64,000 nucleotides of DNA from Phoronis australis (Eukaryota; Animalia; Phoronida): contig NMRA01000036.1 in assembly GCA_002633005.1 (NCBI GenBank), forward strand, positions 1,102,139-1,166,138, read 5' to 3'. The notes under the pieces were generated by a model. The model searched no databases. It was not told the origin of the DNA and saw only the letters and a program-made list of their open reading frames with translations. Shown here piece by piece: positions 1 through 13,680 of this stretch (position 1 is its first letter; each line of letters begins with the position of its first letter). Position numbers and translations under genes: made by a program.

Positions 1-35
1 GGCCCCCCCCCCCCCCCCCTAAATCCGCCTATGTG

Positions 36-320
36 AAATAGGGACTGCTCGAAGAAAAGGTTTAATAACGGGAGTATTTGTTCGAGTTGGAAGGAATTAA
101 AATTAAACACATCGACAACCTCCTAAGGCGTTCCTCTATGCGCAAAAGGTATTTATAACAACGTGACTTTGATGGTTTAGTCGGTGCGAGGCATAATTCG
201 CCGAAAAGCTTCCGGCGTATGGAGCGCCTATAGGAGCTGCATCGCCTCTGGTTCGGGCCAACACTGGCGATGGTCATTGCCTAGGCCAACACTAGCAGCA
301 GAGGCGATGGTCATTGCCTA
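36..320. mobile_element. Right arm of the MULE-like MITE with a doubled terminus
   Basis: Near-identical to 55756-55961 and 61025-61256. The terminus GGCGATGGTCATTGCCTA occurs twice, ending at 283 and 320. Confidence 0.8.
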
Positions 321-1330
321 TTTTTACTTGTACTTTTGTAAGCCCAGCTACTGGACCTGAAGGAATACAAGTCTGGAACTGGCACGCTGAGTGTGCATTT
401 TTGCACGGGTGTACTTCACAAGGCAAATAAAATGCGTGAAATGCATTAACTTACTTGTATGCAAACGAGTCCTTCTGGACAGACTCCGAGTGACTTACTT
501 ACTTGGGAAACTCACAGGAAATAGCATATGCAAAGAGTTGTGGGTAATTTTCTTAGTTCCTTGTAACAAAATAAAATGTCAACAATAATAGAAGAATTCC
601 ACCAGCTACTTGAAACTACACTTGTTATTTCAAACTTTTAAGTGGGATCAAAGCTCGAATACAGAAATAGCAAAGAAATATTCATCCACTTTTCCAAAGA
701 CGGTCTCTGACTTTTTACCAAAGACGCTTCTCTACGGTCTCTGTTTTTACTGGCTGGTCCCTACGTCATTTTCACGAAAGACGTCGCTCTAGTCGGTGGA
801 GGGGCACGAATTTTTGAAAATGTGGACCTTTTACGACTATTCACGGGGGTACGTTCAGCGCTATGAATTATGCATTCGCCGAATTTTGGTAGTTCCTGAC
901 TTTTTAGTGGATTTTTGTCTCGTTTACCACTTTTTCGGAGTTTTTGTTTCTCTGAGGCGGAACTTTTTGTCCACTTCGTGGATCCCCCGAGCCGTCCCCC
1001 TCATGGGTGCGAGCTTGGAAATTGCTTCACCCAAGTGAACCATCGCAAGAGACAGAGATATTTCTTGAAGAGACGTCTCTATTTTAAAGCTCCAATTAGA
1101 ATTTCTGTCCTATTTAGGCAGGGTCTGCGGCTAAGGGATTCTTTCCCCAGGCAGCTCCAGACATTTGAACCCGCTGCAGTAACATTGAATTACGCGGGTG
1201 CAGCTAATCTTTACAGTGAAAACTAAGGAAGCATTTAAAATCACTGTATTGTACATAAAGTATATAAACTAACTATAAAAGTCACATCATAAAAGTACCC
1301 ATACTAAAGAAAGCCTGCTAGCTGTATGGA

Positions 1331-1864
1331 CAGGGGCGGATCCAGGATTCTGAGTTGCCGGGGGGGGGCACGGGAATAACCAGAATTTCGCCAAATGCGC
1401 GCGCCCAGCCTAAAGTGTAGGGATATAGGGGTCTTTAAATTTGGGTTTGTGGACCTTATCTTATTACTAGAAAAAACGTAGGCTGTCCCCGAGCCCCCTG
1501 TTGCATGGGTGCGCGCATAGTGCACGTTACAACCGTTTCAGTGGCGGATCTACGGGGGGTTCAGGGGATTTCAACCCCCCCTCGGGCCAGGACCCAAAAA
1601 TTAAAAAAAAAACGTCTAAGCAAAACAAAAACGTCACCGCCAGCGTGTGTAAACCCCAATTAAGTAAACCAACTTGGAAAAAATGAGGAGGGGGGTTCAC
1701 TCTGAAAATATATTTTTTTGCATTGTGAATTGCTGTTATGAAAATCAAGGCATTTCGAGTCTTCGTGGCTCATCGGCAACTGAAAACCCCGGAGATCAAT
1801 TGTGCGCGCGCTTCCGTCGACACTTCTGAAATAGCCAAGATTTAATTAGATGGATCCACCGCTG
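1331..1864. mobile_element. CAG(G/T)GGCGGATC-type MITE pieces
   Basis: Left ends at 1331 and 1539, right end GGATCCACCGCTG at 1852-1864. Related copies at 1-33, ~5300-5360 and 29937-30220. Confidence 0.55.
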
Positions 1865-3971
1865 AAAGAGCAGCTCTATAGCTGATTTCTTTAGGTAACT
1901 AGTTTCTTTACTCTAAGATATGTTTTGATTTGATTAGGGGAAATACTGTGGTGCCGCAGGCCCTGATAGTCAGGCGAATTGACGTGCAACGCTTTTACCT
2001 CTTCTGTCATGCCGTGATTCTATTACACTCCAAACTAAACTACACGTATAAGCAACCACTGGGGATTAAAAAGTGTCTAGAGAGAAGTTTACAATTCAAA
2101 ATTTTTTGCAAAGTACGCTTTAGGTCTCGCGACGGACCAGGCCAGCTTGATTTGTGTAGACATCGAGTTTCAGTGTAGGCCTACTTCTGGCCCCTCGGCG
2201 AACTAGTCTTGTGATGTTTTTTACCAAAGTGTGCTTTGTAAAACTATTTATCTCAGCCAGTACTGGTTGGTCCCGCGACAGATCAACTATTTTTATAGGG
2301 GTAATAAGCACAGGTGTACTTTTGGTCTCGTGACAGACAAGGCCAGAGATTTTGTGTACTCTCAGTGTACATCTGGTCCCTCTGCGAACTGTTCCCGATA
2401 TATCTTTTCACCACGGTGTACAGAATGTTTTGGTTTCGTGAAAGTGTTTTCAGATGACTTGTTTCCTGAAACATTTGACGTTTTTCAATTGTTGTGAACG
2501 TGATTCAGCTTAATAAAGTGATACTTAATTGTTTATTGTCGCTTTTAATAATAGACTATGAGCTGAGAGCACCATCGTTCGCCAGTTTTTCTCGTAATGA
2601 GACAGAACACATGTTTATTTCCGGATTAACAGTACAGGTCTTCGTTCTTAAACAGCTTGAGGCTGTTGCGATCATCTGATATTCAAGTTTATACGCCCCG
2701 TCGGTGCTCCTTATGCTCTTGAATATTTGGTTGTTGTCTAAGCCCCTGTATATACACCACACTTTTTCGTATGCTAAGAAGTTGTGTGTACGCAGATGTT
2801 TCAACAAAAATATTTGCTGGTGGTGTGACTCATGCCCAGATGTGCACAAATATGGTTTGAGCCAAGTTCATGTGACGAAATCGAGAAGGGTTTTTAATTA
2901 CCTTTAAACAAATTCCGGGTAATAGAACAGGAAATGCTTCGTATGATAATAATTCGTTGATAATAGTCCAAAATTATTCGTTTTACATTAATTAATAGAT
3001 TTTGGTAGCATTTACTGTATTTTTTGATAATTTCGTGATGCCTCTACTGGTGAACGCTGATTTTACTATATACATGTACGTTATATAAAGGAATACAAAT
3101 TGCCTAAAACGTATGCCTCATTTATCCAAAACTTATTTAGGCACCTACAGGGGATAAAAGACGTTTGTGTCGTTCATAATGTGCGAGAAGGGCATTGTAT
3201 GAGGGTTTTCGTCCCGTCGCGTACGGCGTCAGTAATTTGTTGAATGTCAATTAAGGACTCATTTTTCGCGCAAAGAGTTGTTTAAATGATTTAGGCAGAT
3301 TACACAGCAAACAGACAAACAGTTAAAACTTTGATCACCAACATCAGGGGCATTACCGCCTTTACAGGTCATTTAAGTGCGCTATTGTTCACGGCCTTCA
3401 TTTGGCGAACAATTAGGCAGATAGAACACAAACGGCCCTTTTAAGGGCCACCACACATTCCTAGGAGAGCCGTTCACTTCGTGTCTTTATCTTCATGAAA
3501 TAATCACTTTTAACGCAAATCGTCAACACATTCCTCGTAAATTAACTCTACAGCGCCAAACGCATTTTAGTTGCAGTCAAAACCATACTTTCGTAAATAG
3601 GGCGAAATTGCATTGATTTTCGTACAACAGATTTTTGAAGAAAAAAACAATTAGACTACTTATTCAAAACCTGAATTTCTATAATATGCGCAAAAGCTGA
3701 TTTAATTTGTGCATTTCATTCACTTGCACGCTCCGGATTGATTCGCTATTAGCAAAATTAAAAACATTGCACAATATAATAATTTCGGTTTGTCAGTTTA
3801 TGTCTGCTATATTTCACAATTTGCAATTAAACTGAATCCTTAGTCAAATTTCAAGATAATCTCACAAAAATAAGCAGTGTTTCGGTTACCAAAAAAGCTT
3901 TGATCTCTCATCTATTCAGTCAGTGGCAGTATAAAAGGCACACACAAAATTTTCTAACTTCAGAATTCTTA

Positions 3972-4262
3972 CCCAGTGAGATTTTCACTCAGTGAGAATT
4001 TCAGTAAGACAAATTCTCATTAATTTGCATAGCATTACTACTCACATGAGTGAGAATTTCAGTAAGACAAATTCTCACTGAGTGGGAATGCTATGCAAAT
4101 TAGTTACATTCTCACTGAATTCTAACTGGAATATCACTGTATTCTCACTAGAGTGAGAATGTTTTTCTCACTAATTTAAATGGCATCTTAGTTAGTTAGA
4201 TTCTCACTGGAATCTAACTGGAATCCAGTGAGATTCTCACTGGCTTTTGGGATGAGAATTTC
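3972..4262. repeat. Direct/inverted short-motif repeat (GTGAGAAT / ATTCTCACT)
   Basis: Motif reiterated in both orientations. agtgagaatttcagtaagacaaattctca occurs twice. Confidence 0.75.
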
Positions 4263-4265
4263 CTG

Positions 4266-4705
4266 GCATGAGGTGTTCCCATTTTGACATTCTCATGGGA
4301 TGAGGTGCCCCCATGTTGACATTCCCGTAGCATAAGGTAATCCCACTCTTACATACTCAGATAATATAATGTGCTATTTTTTGTCATTTTCATGGAATAA
4401 GGTGCTCCCATTTTGGTGCTCGACATTCTTATGGCATAAGTTGCTCCCACTGTGACGTTGTTGTAGCGTAAGGTGCTCCCATTTTGACATTCTCATGACA
4501 TAAAGTGCTTTCATTTTTACATTTTCAGGGCATAAGGTGCTCCCATTTTGACATTGTTGTAGCTTAAGGTGCCCCCATTTTGACATTCTCGGGACATAAG
4601 GTACTCTCAAATTCTTGTAGCTTAAGGTGCACCCATTTTAACATTCTCGTAGCATGAGGTGCACGCATTTTTACAATCTCATGGCATAAGGTGCTCCCAT
4701 TTTGA
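4266..4705 (+). repeat. ~30-33-bp minisatellite
   Basis: About 14 units of consensus gcataaggtgctcccattttgacattctc(a/g)t(g/a). Confidence 0.9.
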
Positions 4706-7700
4706 CTTTTTCATTTGATAAGCTGCTTTCAGTTTCACACTGTCAAAACATAAGGAGCTTTGAATTTGTCAATTATTTTATTCAGTCTTCTAAATTCCAG
4801 ATGTTTGATGTCTTCCGACATCTATGAAGACTTTGGTGGATGTGGAGATTCCCATGGACTTCTCGAAGTGTCCAGTGAAAAAAGTAGTAATGGAATCCAT
4901 AAAAGGCACCAAAAAATTAGTGTGTCTGAGACAGGTATAATGTCTCCTTTCATTTATGAGTGACAAAGACAAGGAGAAATGTCATATTTATGTTTTAGAA
5001 TCTGTCAACTTACAACTGTATTCACGGTGCATTGGTAAATTTAAAAGTACTTAGTATGCTGCCTAAAAACAAGGGTGCGCTACTTAACTATTAAGGACCA
5101 CCATCAGTCCGTAATTTCAGCAGTTTTACATTATGGAAAAATCACGATCATTGTTTGTTATATAGTTGTAACATTAGCTATTACAAATTTCACAAAACTC
5201 AAGTTGTTCAAAAGTATTTATTGAAAATTAAACAATTAAACATCATATGCGGAACTACCAAAATTCGACGAATGCACTATTCATAGCTCTGAAAATACAC
5301 TGTAAAACGTCCACATTCTCAAAAATTCGAGCCCCCCCCCCTCCCGTTTATATGCTGGGTGAGCGCATGGATTGTGGTCAATAGCCTTTGTCCACAAGTC
5401 GAAGGTGTCCAGGTAAGGACAATGTTTAGCCCCGACTCAGTCTTGTAAAATACCTGAAATTCCCTCCGACGCAAATAAGCTAGCTTGTAAGAATATTTCC
5501 CCATGTAAAAGGCTACATTTATGCAAAGCGCTGCTAACAGACTCCGAATAGTCGCATGCGACTTTGTATTGATCGACTACATCGCACACTACTTCTCCTG
5601 ACTCGAAGAAAGTCAGGGCAAAATCGCATGTGCTCTGTTCCTGTATGTCATATATGTATCTTGCAAAGGTGTGTCGTAACGTTTGTGTAAGACAATCAAG
5701 AAGCGATATGTGAAAAATGGGACTATGTAGAGATGGCTAAAGGAACATTGTCGCTTTTATGGCCGAAAAGGTCATCTTTAAGGATTTTGTTGGATGGAAT
5801 AGACTTCGTTAGGTTATTTGCGTTGGTCATACCTACAAAACAACAAAATCCGTTGTGTTTTCGTGGTTTTATTACAAGTCGCCAATTCTTACCATTGTCT
5901 GCTGACATTCATAGAAAACAAGGCCGATGATTTTGCCATTTAAATACGTTTAAAACACACTGCGCGATTTATGGATTGTGATTTAGCTTTGTCAGTATAG
6001 TGTTAGATTGCGACCGCCGGGATTCCACGCTCGAATCCAAGCTGAGCCTAATATTGCAGAAATTCATTTTTCGCCAATCATGTCTTTTTGAGACCTAGAC
6101 TAAATTCGCCATGGTGTTTTTATCTATTTGGTTATGGTTTTAAGAGTGATCGCTAGAGTAAATCTTACAAAGTTGGGAGTAGGCATAATGGAATTTAATG
6201 GTGGTATTTTGTTCATCCTATGAGAGTAGGCCTACTCAAACCACAGCAACCTAAGTATAAAAACCAACTTTCCGCGACAAAGCGGTAGATGATGACGTGT
6301 ATTCTATTCAAATGAACAATTTATAAATTGTTCAAGTGAAATGCAAAGTAAAATGAATATACAAAAGACAGCAAAAATTAAGCTTTAAACGTGCCCAAAT
6401 AATGAGCTAATAGCCGGCTACACCTAGTGAAGCAAAGGCACATGCTTCTATGTTCAGCGACAGTCTTGTCATTTTGATACGGGCATTTGAAGAATGCCTG
6501 GTGAGGCGTGTAACTTCTGGGGGTGTTAACAGTGTGGCTCCTCCAATCACCGTCCACATACTTGGGCAGTAGATAGAAAATTAAAGATGGACAAGGACAG
6601 AAAAAATTGGCAAAGAAGTTCACCGATGCTCGCTCGCCTTTGCCTTACAGAAAAATGTCCCCAAGTCACAGTGTTTCCATCACATGACCACACTCGACCG
6701 TCCCGGATTGATCGGTGATGCTCATACTTCTGACGATTAAAGCCCCTTTATATGCAGCACTTTTACACCTGTACACCATGCACTCAGATGTAAACGTTAA
6801 TTAACATCGCGATCATATGTGGGAAAAGAAAAGCAATATTCGCACAGAAAACTCTATACATTTCGCAACGAAGTCGGCGCATGCAACGTTTGTAAGTTAA
6901 AAAAATATTTTTTTCACAACAATTGTCTTGAATTCGGAAGGTCTGAGGCTCGGGTATCGATCCCCAAGGATTGCTTTTAGAGCTATCTTTCAATCGGCAA
7001 GTATATATTAAGAAAGATAGAAGGACTGGTGGCAAGACACATTTAATAATGAAAATTTGAACGACAAAGGGTGGTTTGAAAATTGTCAGAGGGCAGTGAC
7101 GTTAACACAAGATGGCTTGGTCGGGTCGCGATCATGACGTGCTGGCTATTGGCAATTCAGAGTTCGAAGTAAAGAAAGAACTTTTGCAAAGTGAACCGAA
7201 AAGCTGATTTGTCCTGATGAGGTTACAAGTATGCATGTACCTCTTAAAGATGTCCAGTGAAACCGTGGATTAAAAAGATGTCGGCAAAATTTCACCCAGC
7301 ATCATTATCATCATCACCGTCATCAGCAGAAGCATCAACTGCATCAGATGCAACATTACAATAAAAGATCTTACCAAACCACACAACAATAAAGTTTTTT
7401 GGACTTTTAAAGGGAAGTGGTGTTGCCTCAACTTGAAGAAAAGATGGAACTACAGAAATAATTTCGTAACGGCACTTTTACGGAGTGATCTTGCTTTTAC
7501 ACCCGTGTGTAAATTTAAATCACGTTCACATGTGCTTATAGTACATAGTTGCACGTGCATAAATTTACATTTACGCGACCTCTGGAGGTGGTGCAATTAT
7601 ACACCCGAGTATTGTTTTACATCCGGATGTATTTGCGTTCATATGGCAAAATACCATACGTAAATATACACTCGGTTGTAAATACTATCATGTAAACGGG

Positions 7701-10700
7701 GCTTAAGATTGGAAGCAATTGCATTCGTTAGCAGATTTGCAAAAGCTGCATCCTGGTAAAAGAACAACTTCGCTGTACACTTTTTCAGTCATTGTGGACG
7801 CAAGATACTGCTGTGACGACAACTATTCAGAAATTTCGCTAAACTCAGCGGTCTTTGTTGGTGTCAAGGGCGTTTTGTAGCGCTGTCGTCGTCAGTGACG
7901 TTTAGGTGACGTACTTTTTTATATTGTAGGTTTTGGAACTGGTTCAGTGTCAGCGACGTCGTCATTATTTGCAGCTTCGCTATCTGTGGTGCTCAGTTTC
8001 GTCAGCGACGTCATGGTTTTGGAGGTCTGACGTTTTCGATGTTGTTTATGGTATCGTTGACTTCGTCATTATTCTGCCTGTACCTTTTTAGTCAATTTCT
8101 TCAAGTCGGTGTCGCCACGACAGAGCGTTTTCAGTATTTCTTTATCTGTTGTAATGTTGAGCTTGGGGGTCAAGAGTTCAACAACACAGAGCTTGTGAGT
8201 GAAAAAAAAAATAAATTTCGCTTAATCATAAATATACAAAGTCTCTGATAACATACCTGAAACTGTAAAGTACTGAGAAAATTATTTCTAGGCTGTGATG
8301 TGTCACTGATCACATGGCAAAACCTTCATTCAGTGATTAGAGAGTTTCGGCTACACGTTAAACGCCAACGTGACTGGATAAGGGTTACACAATTACAGCC
8401 ATAACCAGCGTGACGCTGTGGTTGAGAATCATTGCTGGAAAACATTGTTGGCGAAGAACTAATTCAACTTCGACAAATTTTGCGAAGGCGTGGTCTCAGA
8501 GTCGGCCTCAGTATCGTCACCATTTCAGTCTCCTTTGGTCGTCGTCAAGTTTGCACCCCCGCGCCATAGGCGTGCGGACGTTTCTGTGGGGAGGGCAATC
8601 CCCCGTGGCCCAGAAACTTAGGTACAATGTTTCAACAAAATTTCACGAGAAAGGGCAAAATTTTAGGCTTGAGCATTTGGCGATTACCTATGATTATGTT
8701 CTTGAAGGGAAAGGTATGCGTGTACATCATTTTAACCTTTAGGAAAATTATTTTCAGTTTGCTTTTAGGTGCCAAAAAGTTGTAGTGCCTACTGTCTGAA
8801 TCATTTACAGGATACTAAAACATAAAAATCCTTATCACGGACAGCGAAATCCGGATCGAAACAGCATCATCTTGGAATGAGTAGATGGAATATAGTGTCT
8901 GAAGAGCGGTCAATTCTTTTCTCAAAGAATGACGACACTGCATTGTCAAGTGCGCTCGTATTCGTATCATACAACATGAGTTTCGCTTTTTAATTTTATA
9001 GATTTAAAAAATATCTGGGAATATGTCAGCGATTGTTGCAATATTTTCCAAGATCATTGAAAAGTTTAATAGCAATACAGTTCCTTATTTGCGTTATATT
9101 GAGAAATAAATTCCATTCGTATTTTAACTGCAACATTGAGTGAATATGGCAAACCAATGAGCAAACTTTTACGATTCGGCCACCTATTTTACATATATGT
9201 GTACATTGTCGTCCGAAACTTCCTTTGTTTTAATTCGTGTATATTAACAGGCAAAAAATCGCCAAAAAGACAATCCTGATTAACTGAAAGTGGCATGATC
9301 TTCGTAGATTCCGAAGCATAGGATTTCTAGACCAAAGTGTAGATGAACAACAGATGGACCCAGTAAACTGACATGTCGTTAAGTGTTATAATTAATTTCA
9401 GAACTCTGATTGAGTTTTGGGAGCGTATTGTTGTCTTTGGAGTTGAAAACGGGACTGAACTAAAATACTTTGGGAACTGCTTGAAAATCTCTTGTGTGAC
9501 AGACTACTTTGAACAACAGGAAAGTCAAACGGCGATTAAGTCGGGCATGTTATCGTGAAGAGAACATCAACACATTGTAACAGGAAGACGAGTTGAATAC
9601 ATGGAACTAAGAGAGTGCAAACCTAAAAAATGAACTACCTAAAAAGCGCAGAAAAGAAGTGTATTGAAGAAAACAAATAATAAACCTTACTACTGATTGT
9701 GAATTAAACTGATGTTATGAATTGTCCGAGACAAATAAGATTAATGGATTGGCACAGTTTTATCGTTGTACTTGTGTGCTTCACTTCAAAATAAAACAAC
9801 GGATATACGTTGTTAGTTGTTTTAGAAAATTCAGTTGCATTTCGCACACTCGTTCACCCAGTAATAACATTTCCCACTCAACTGTCTTTTGTGATCTTAA
9901 CTTTTAGTTTCTTTTGTGTTACACTTCGTCCTAAGAATTAACCAAAATCGATCGACATAACAAAACTTACTTTCAACGTCCTATTGAAGCGCAGCCAGTG
10001 TCTTTTACTATTTGAATAGGCTTAAAATAAGCTGCTACTTGCGGTTGCGATTTGGCTTGTATTCTCTAAAACTAACCTCGGAAAAAATAATGGGTGTATA
10101 AAGGAAAAGTGTGGTCGTATTTACTTTGTACATTTACATGTTTGTTGAGAATCTTGTCATTAGGCAACTGGTACACTAACACTATTTGCACCCAAGTGGA
10201 CAAGAATTTTGGACAGAATTTCGGTGTCCCAAATCTTACAGACTGTCGTAGACTAGAGAGTTTTCACTATATTAGTCAAGTACCAGACTTAATTTGCACG
10301 AAGGGTGTTGTGCAGATAACCATACTCCTATACCTCCTGGGCTCTGCATACAGAATGTTACCGAGACCTTCAGTATGTGGGAGTAAAAACAAACACTGAC
10401 CTGTATCTTGAACTAAAATTTTTGAAAAAATTTGATAATACATAAACCAATTGATATTTAAAGGTCAAATGTTTGACTTTTTTAAAATAATTTACAAAAT
10501 GCCTGAGCAAAGGGTGCAAAAAGTCTTATGTTCCAATAGCTCTGGGGTTTCAACATGAACATGTTTGTATTAAAACCTTTATTCAGAAACTGCAGCAGTA
10601 TGTACCAGTGCATGTTTACTGGCACTGGTATGCACAAACACACACAGATACACCTAATTTTGCTAAAAGTGTGGTTTATAGCTTCGGTGACAATAATCAA

Positions 10701-10899
10701 GCAAATATAAGTCTTGCAATTTAGCATGTTTCTGCCTCCACGAGTCGTGTTTCATGGTATAATTTTGTTACGACTGCATAATACATTAAGAAAATAAACA
10801 AACTGCACAAGCAAAACTAAACAACAAAATAAAAAACAGAAAAATAAACAACAGGGCAAAAGCTCTTGCTGATTCACACCTTTAGGCAATACATTCCAC

Positions 10900-10935
10900 C
10901 ATAGATTATAGACAACAGATGTACTATAGTCTATG
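10900..10935. mobile_element. 36-bp hairpin micro-element with a 7-bp TSD
   Basis: ATTCCAC|CATAGATTATAG acaacagatgta CTATAGTCTATG|ATTCCAC. Confidence 0.7.
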
Positions 10936-12191
10936 ATTCCACACCTAGTAGGCTAAGCTTGTACACGAGAGGGGGAATAACTGATAAACCTGCAGACCCA
11001 ACTTCTGAAATATGCGTAAAACGTGGTTCTCATTACATACTTAAAACTCATCCACACATTATGCAGAACAGTTCAACATTGAAAAGATTCAAAACATAAA
11101 CACTTCAACTCATGTAAATAACCAATTCCTGTGAGGAAACCCTTCACCAACCCATGCACAACAACAATGGAGTAAACTTTAAACAGGCAAGGAATGTGAA
11201 ACCCAAAAAAATCTACAATTAAAACACATCCCGAGAGGAGGACTGGTTTTCGCAATACAGAAGCTCATGTCATGGATAATCATAGATACTACCATGTAAA
11301 TACATAATCTTGGTAACTTTCCAAAGTATTCAATTACATCGTTTTTGGCCAAAGTACGATTAAAAAACGGACAAAGTAATTAAGTAGCTTTGACACTACA
11401 AAAGGATAGACACAAGATTAATTTCTCTATCAATTAGGTGGCCAGAAGAAAAACCCAAACCTTCCCAAAACCATGCAACAGTTCATCCCCAGCGCCAGGT
11501 AAATGTCACTGGTCTTAAAACCTACATAAGCAATAATTTTTTGAGTGATTCTTGTTGAGACTGTTAATTGCCAGAGAAATCCCACAAATTCTAAGAAATT
11601 AATAATTTTGACTCTAAAAGTAGACCCATGGACCAATATATGGAACTTTTTCTGAATATACAAACATGCATATAAATTTGGAAGCATTTGCAAAAATTCC
11701 TGGTATATTAAGCTGTTCTAGGCCTAGAGTATTTATGAAATTCCAAGCTCCTTTAAAAGTCTACAGATATATCAATGTCATCTTCAGCAATGTCTGGCTA
11801 AAAATACCAAAAGCATGCAAACATACAGTATGTGTGAATAATTAGGGAGAACAGATAAAAAGTAAATACTGCAAACTAATTCAATCCTTTTGCACATAAT
11901 ATTTCAGAAAAGCAGAAATCTTGTCTGGTTTCTCAACAAAAAGCATAAAGTAAATTCTACAAAATTTTAGCATATTTTGAACTATACAGCAATTCTTAAA
12001 TGACACAGTAAATTTTGAGTATTTCTAGCAGCATTGTCAGCCTTTCAAAAATACAAAATAATTTTGGCAATCCTTTTCATACAAAATACATGTAAGTGCA
12101 AAATTGTCACAAAGGGGTAGCTGACGGGCATGTAATAAAAATCTACCATTTTTATTGTGAAGGACAGCACTATCTACTGTTTATAACCGTG

Positions 12192-12337
12192 TTATGCTGC
12201 ATCAGCTGGTGTGTATGGCCCCAGGACCACCTGCTCTCTACTCGCCCTCAAATAATATTCGTTCCATGAACCATCATATACCGGGATGTTCTTCCCACAC
12301 AAGTGTGCAGCCAGCATAATGCAGCATGCTGTGATAC
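12192..12337 (-). CDS. MPST: Sulfurtransferase, terminal coding exon 4 (not in the ORF track)
   Basis: After ttttttgccag it reads (G)ITACCIMLAAHLCGKNIPVYDGSWNEYYLRASREQVVLGPYTPADAA*. This completes CGSGITAC and the C-terminal YDGSW.E rhodanese signature. Spliced CDS is 879 nt = 292 aa. AATAAA lies on the minus strand at 12151-12156. Confidence 0.92.
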
Positions 12338-12799
12338 CTGGCAAAAAATCAAAACAGAAATGAAGGGTAGTATTTTAAACCATTAGTGTTAAAACATTTA
12401 TTTAATGGTTCAAACAACAGTGTTTGGTACCAATAAAATCTCACCAAAGCATCCCTATAAGAAAAGCCGAAGAAACAAAAATCTTTCATCAAAATGGTCA
12501 CATTTCTAGGAGCGATATTCAGATTTATGCTTTCCTGCATCTGTAATCATAATACTCATTTTACAATTGACTTATAGTGCACAAGAAACCTGCATTCAGC
12601 CCAAAGCGCAAACTTTCAGTTAAAACAACTTATGGCTACAAAATTGGTCTCAACTTGTAACTTACTCAGATGAGAACTGACAGTTCATTATTCCTCGAGA
12701 CCATGCTCATAACATAAAATGGCAAGCCAACTCAAAGAGCGTGGTGTCCAGTAATAACAAACTATCAGGAACAATTTGGGACCAGTTGCATAATTGTAA

Positions 12800-13210
12800 G
12801 TTCCCTTCTTAAAAGTTGGTTTCTGCAATGGAAGGCAAGTTCAATGCCACTAAATGTACTAGCGTAGACGTTTCTGACAAAATGGTTTTCTCAATCCTTA
12901 GTTATGGCACTGAAGTGTGGGGATTCAAAGAGTATTGCTGTATAGAGTATGCTCAAGTTACATTTTGTAAAAGTCTGATGGGCGTTGGCAGAAGCTGTAG
13001 TAGTAGTATATCTCTGTAACTATGTGTTCATTATGTAAACAAAGCTCTGGTCAAGATTTAAGATTTTTTGGAAAATGAATTTCACTTTGTTTGTGTATGT
13101 CCTTTCTACAATGATGTAAGAATACGATTGCTGCCTAACTTATATTGGACCAACACAAGTGATGGTTCATTTTTGAGGTTGACAAGAATTTCTGATCCCT
13201 ACTCAGACAA
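12800..13210 (+). mobile_element. Non-LTR retrotransposon ORF2 3' relic
   Basis: DKMVFSILSYGTEVWGF...FCKSLMGV and ENEFHFVCVCPFYNDVR resemble post-RT motifs of invertebrate LINEs. Internally deleted and interrupted by a stop. Confidence 0.7.
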
Positions 13211-13349
13211 AAACTTATGGATGTTAAAAATGTTATGTGCATACGTATGCGTACCAGTGTATTGTACTGTATATATGCTGTATAAATTGTATGTACTGCG
13301 GGCGGATGGCCTCCAATGCAAAATGATAAGGTACTTTATGCAGCTTTGG

Positions 13350-13680
13350 AATTAGGGAACCAAACGAGGCAAACGAAATAATAAAGTTGCCACTGTGAAG
13401 CATAGTCGGATCCCTCCACAATAAGTTGTCATCTGTTGCTACGTTCATAAGAATAAACTTGTCAAATTTCACAAAGATCCTGTTAGGGGTTTAGGACACA
13501 GCTGAGGATGCAAAACACACAAAACATAGAAATGGCTGTTGGGTGGTACAAAATATGCTTAATCCATGCAAAAATAGAAAGGTGTTGTTGTCTTCTTATA
13601 AGAAAACTATTTTCCAAATTTCAAGAAACTCTGTCAAGTAACTCTGAAGGTACAGAGATACCGTAAATGTAACTTGAACT
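13350..13680. mobile_element. Degraded fragment of HINE family A (another at ~14820-15250)
   Basis: Contains the same internal motifs (aaatttcacaaagatcctg, gatacagag, ttgccac). Confidence 0.5.

Noticed and set aside
4266-4705. CRISPR-like periodic ~32-bp repeats
   Set aside because: The units are head-to-tail with no unique spacers, there are no cas genes, and the context is eukaryotic. This is a minisatellite.
5985-6050. tRNA- or SINE-like segment with CTCGAATCC
   Set aside because: It has only a partial B-box resemblance and I could not fold a cloverleaf.
7780-8180. Protein-like Thr/Asp/Lys-rich minus-strand tract
   Set aside because: It has multiple stops and no identifiable family, so it cannot be supported even as a pseudogene.
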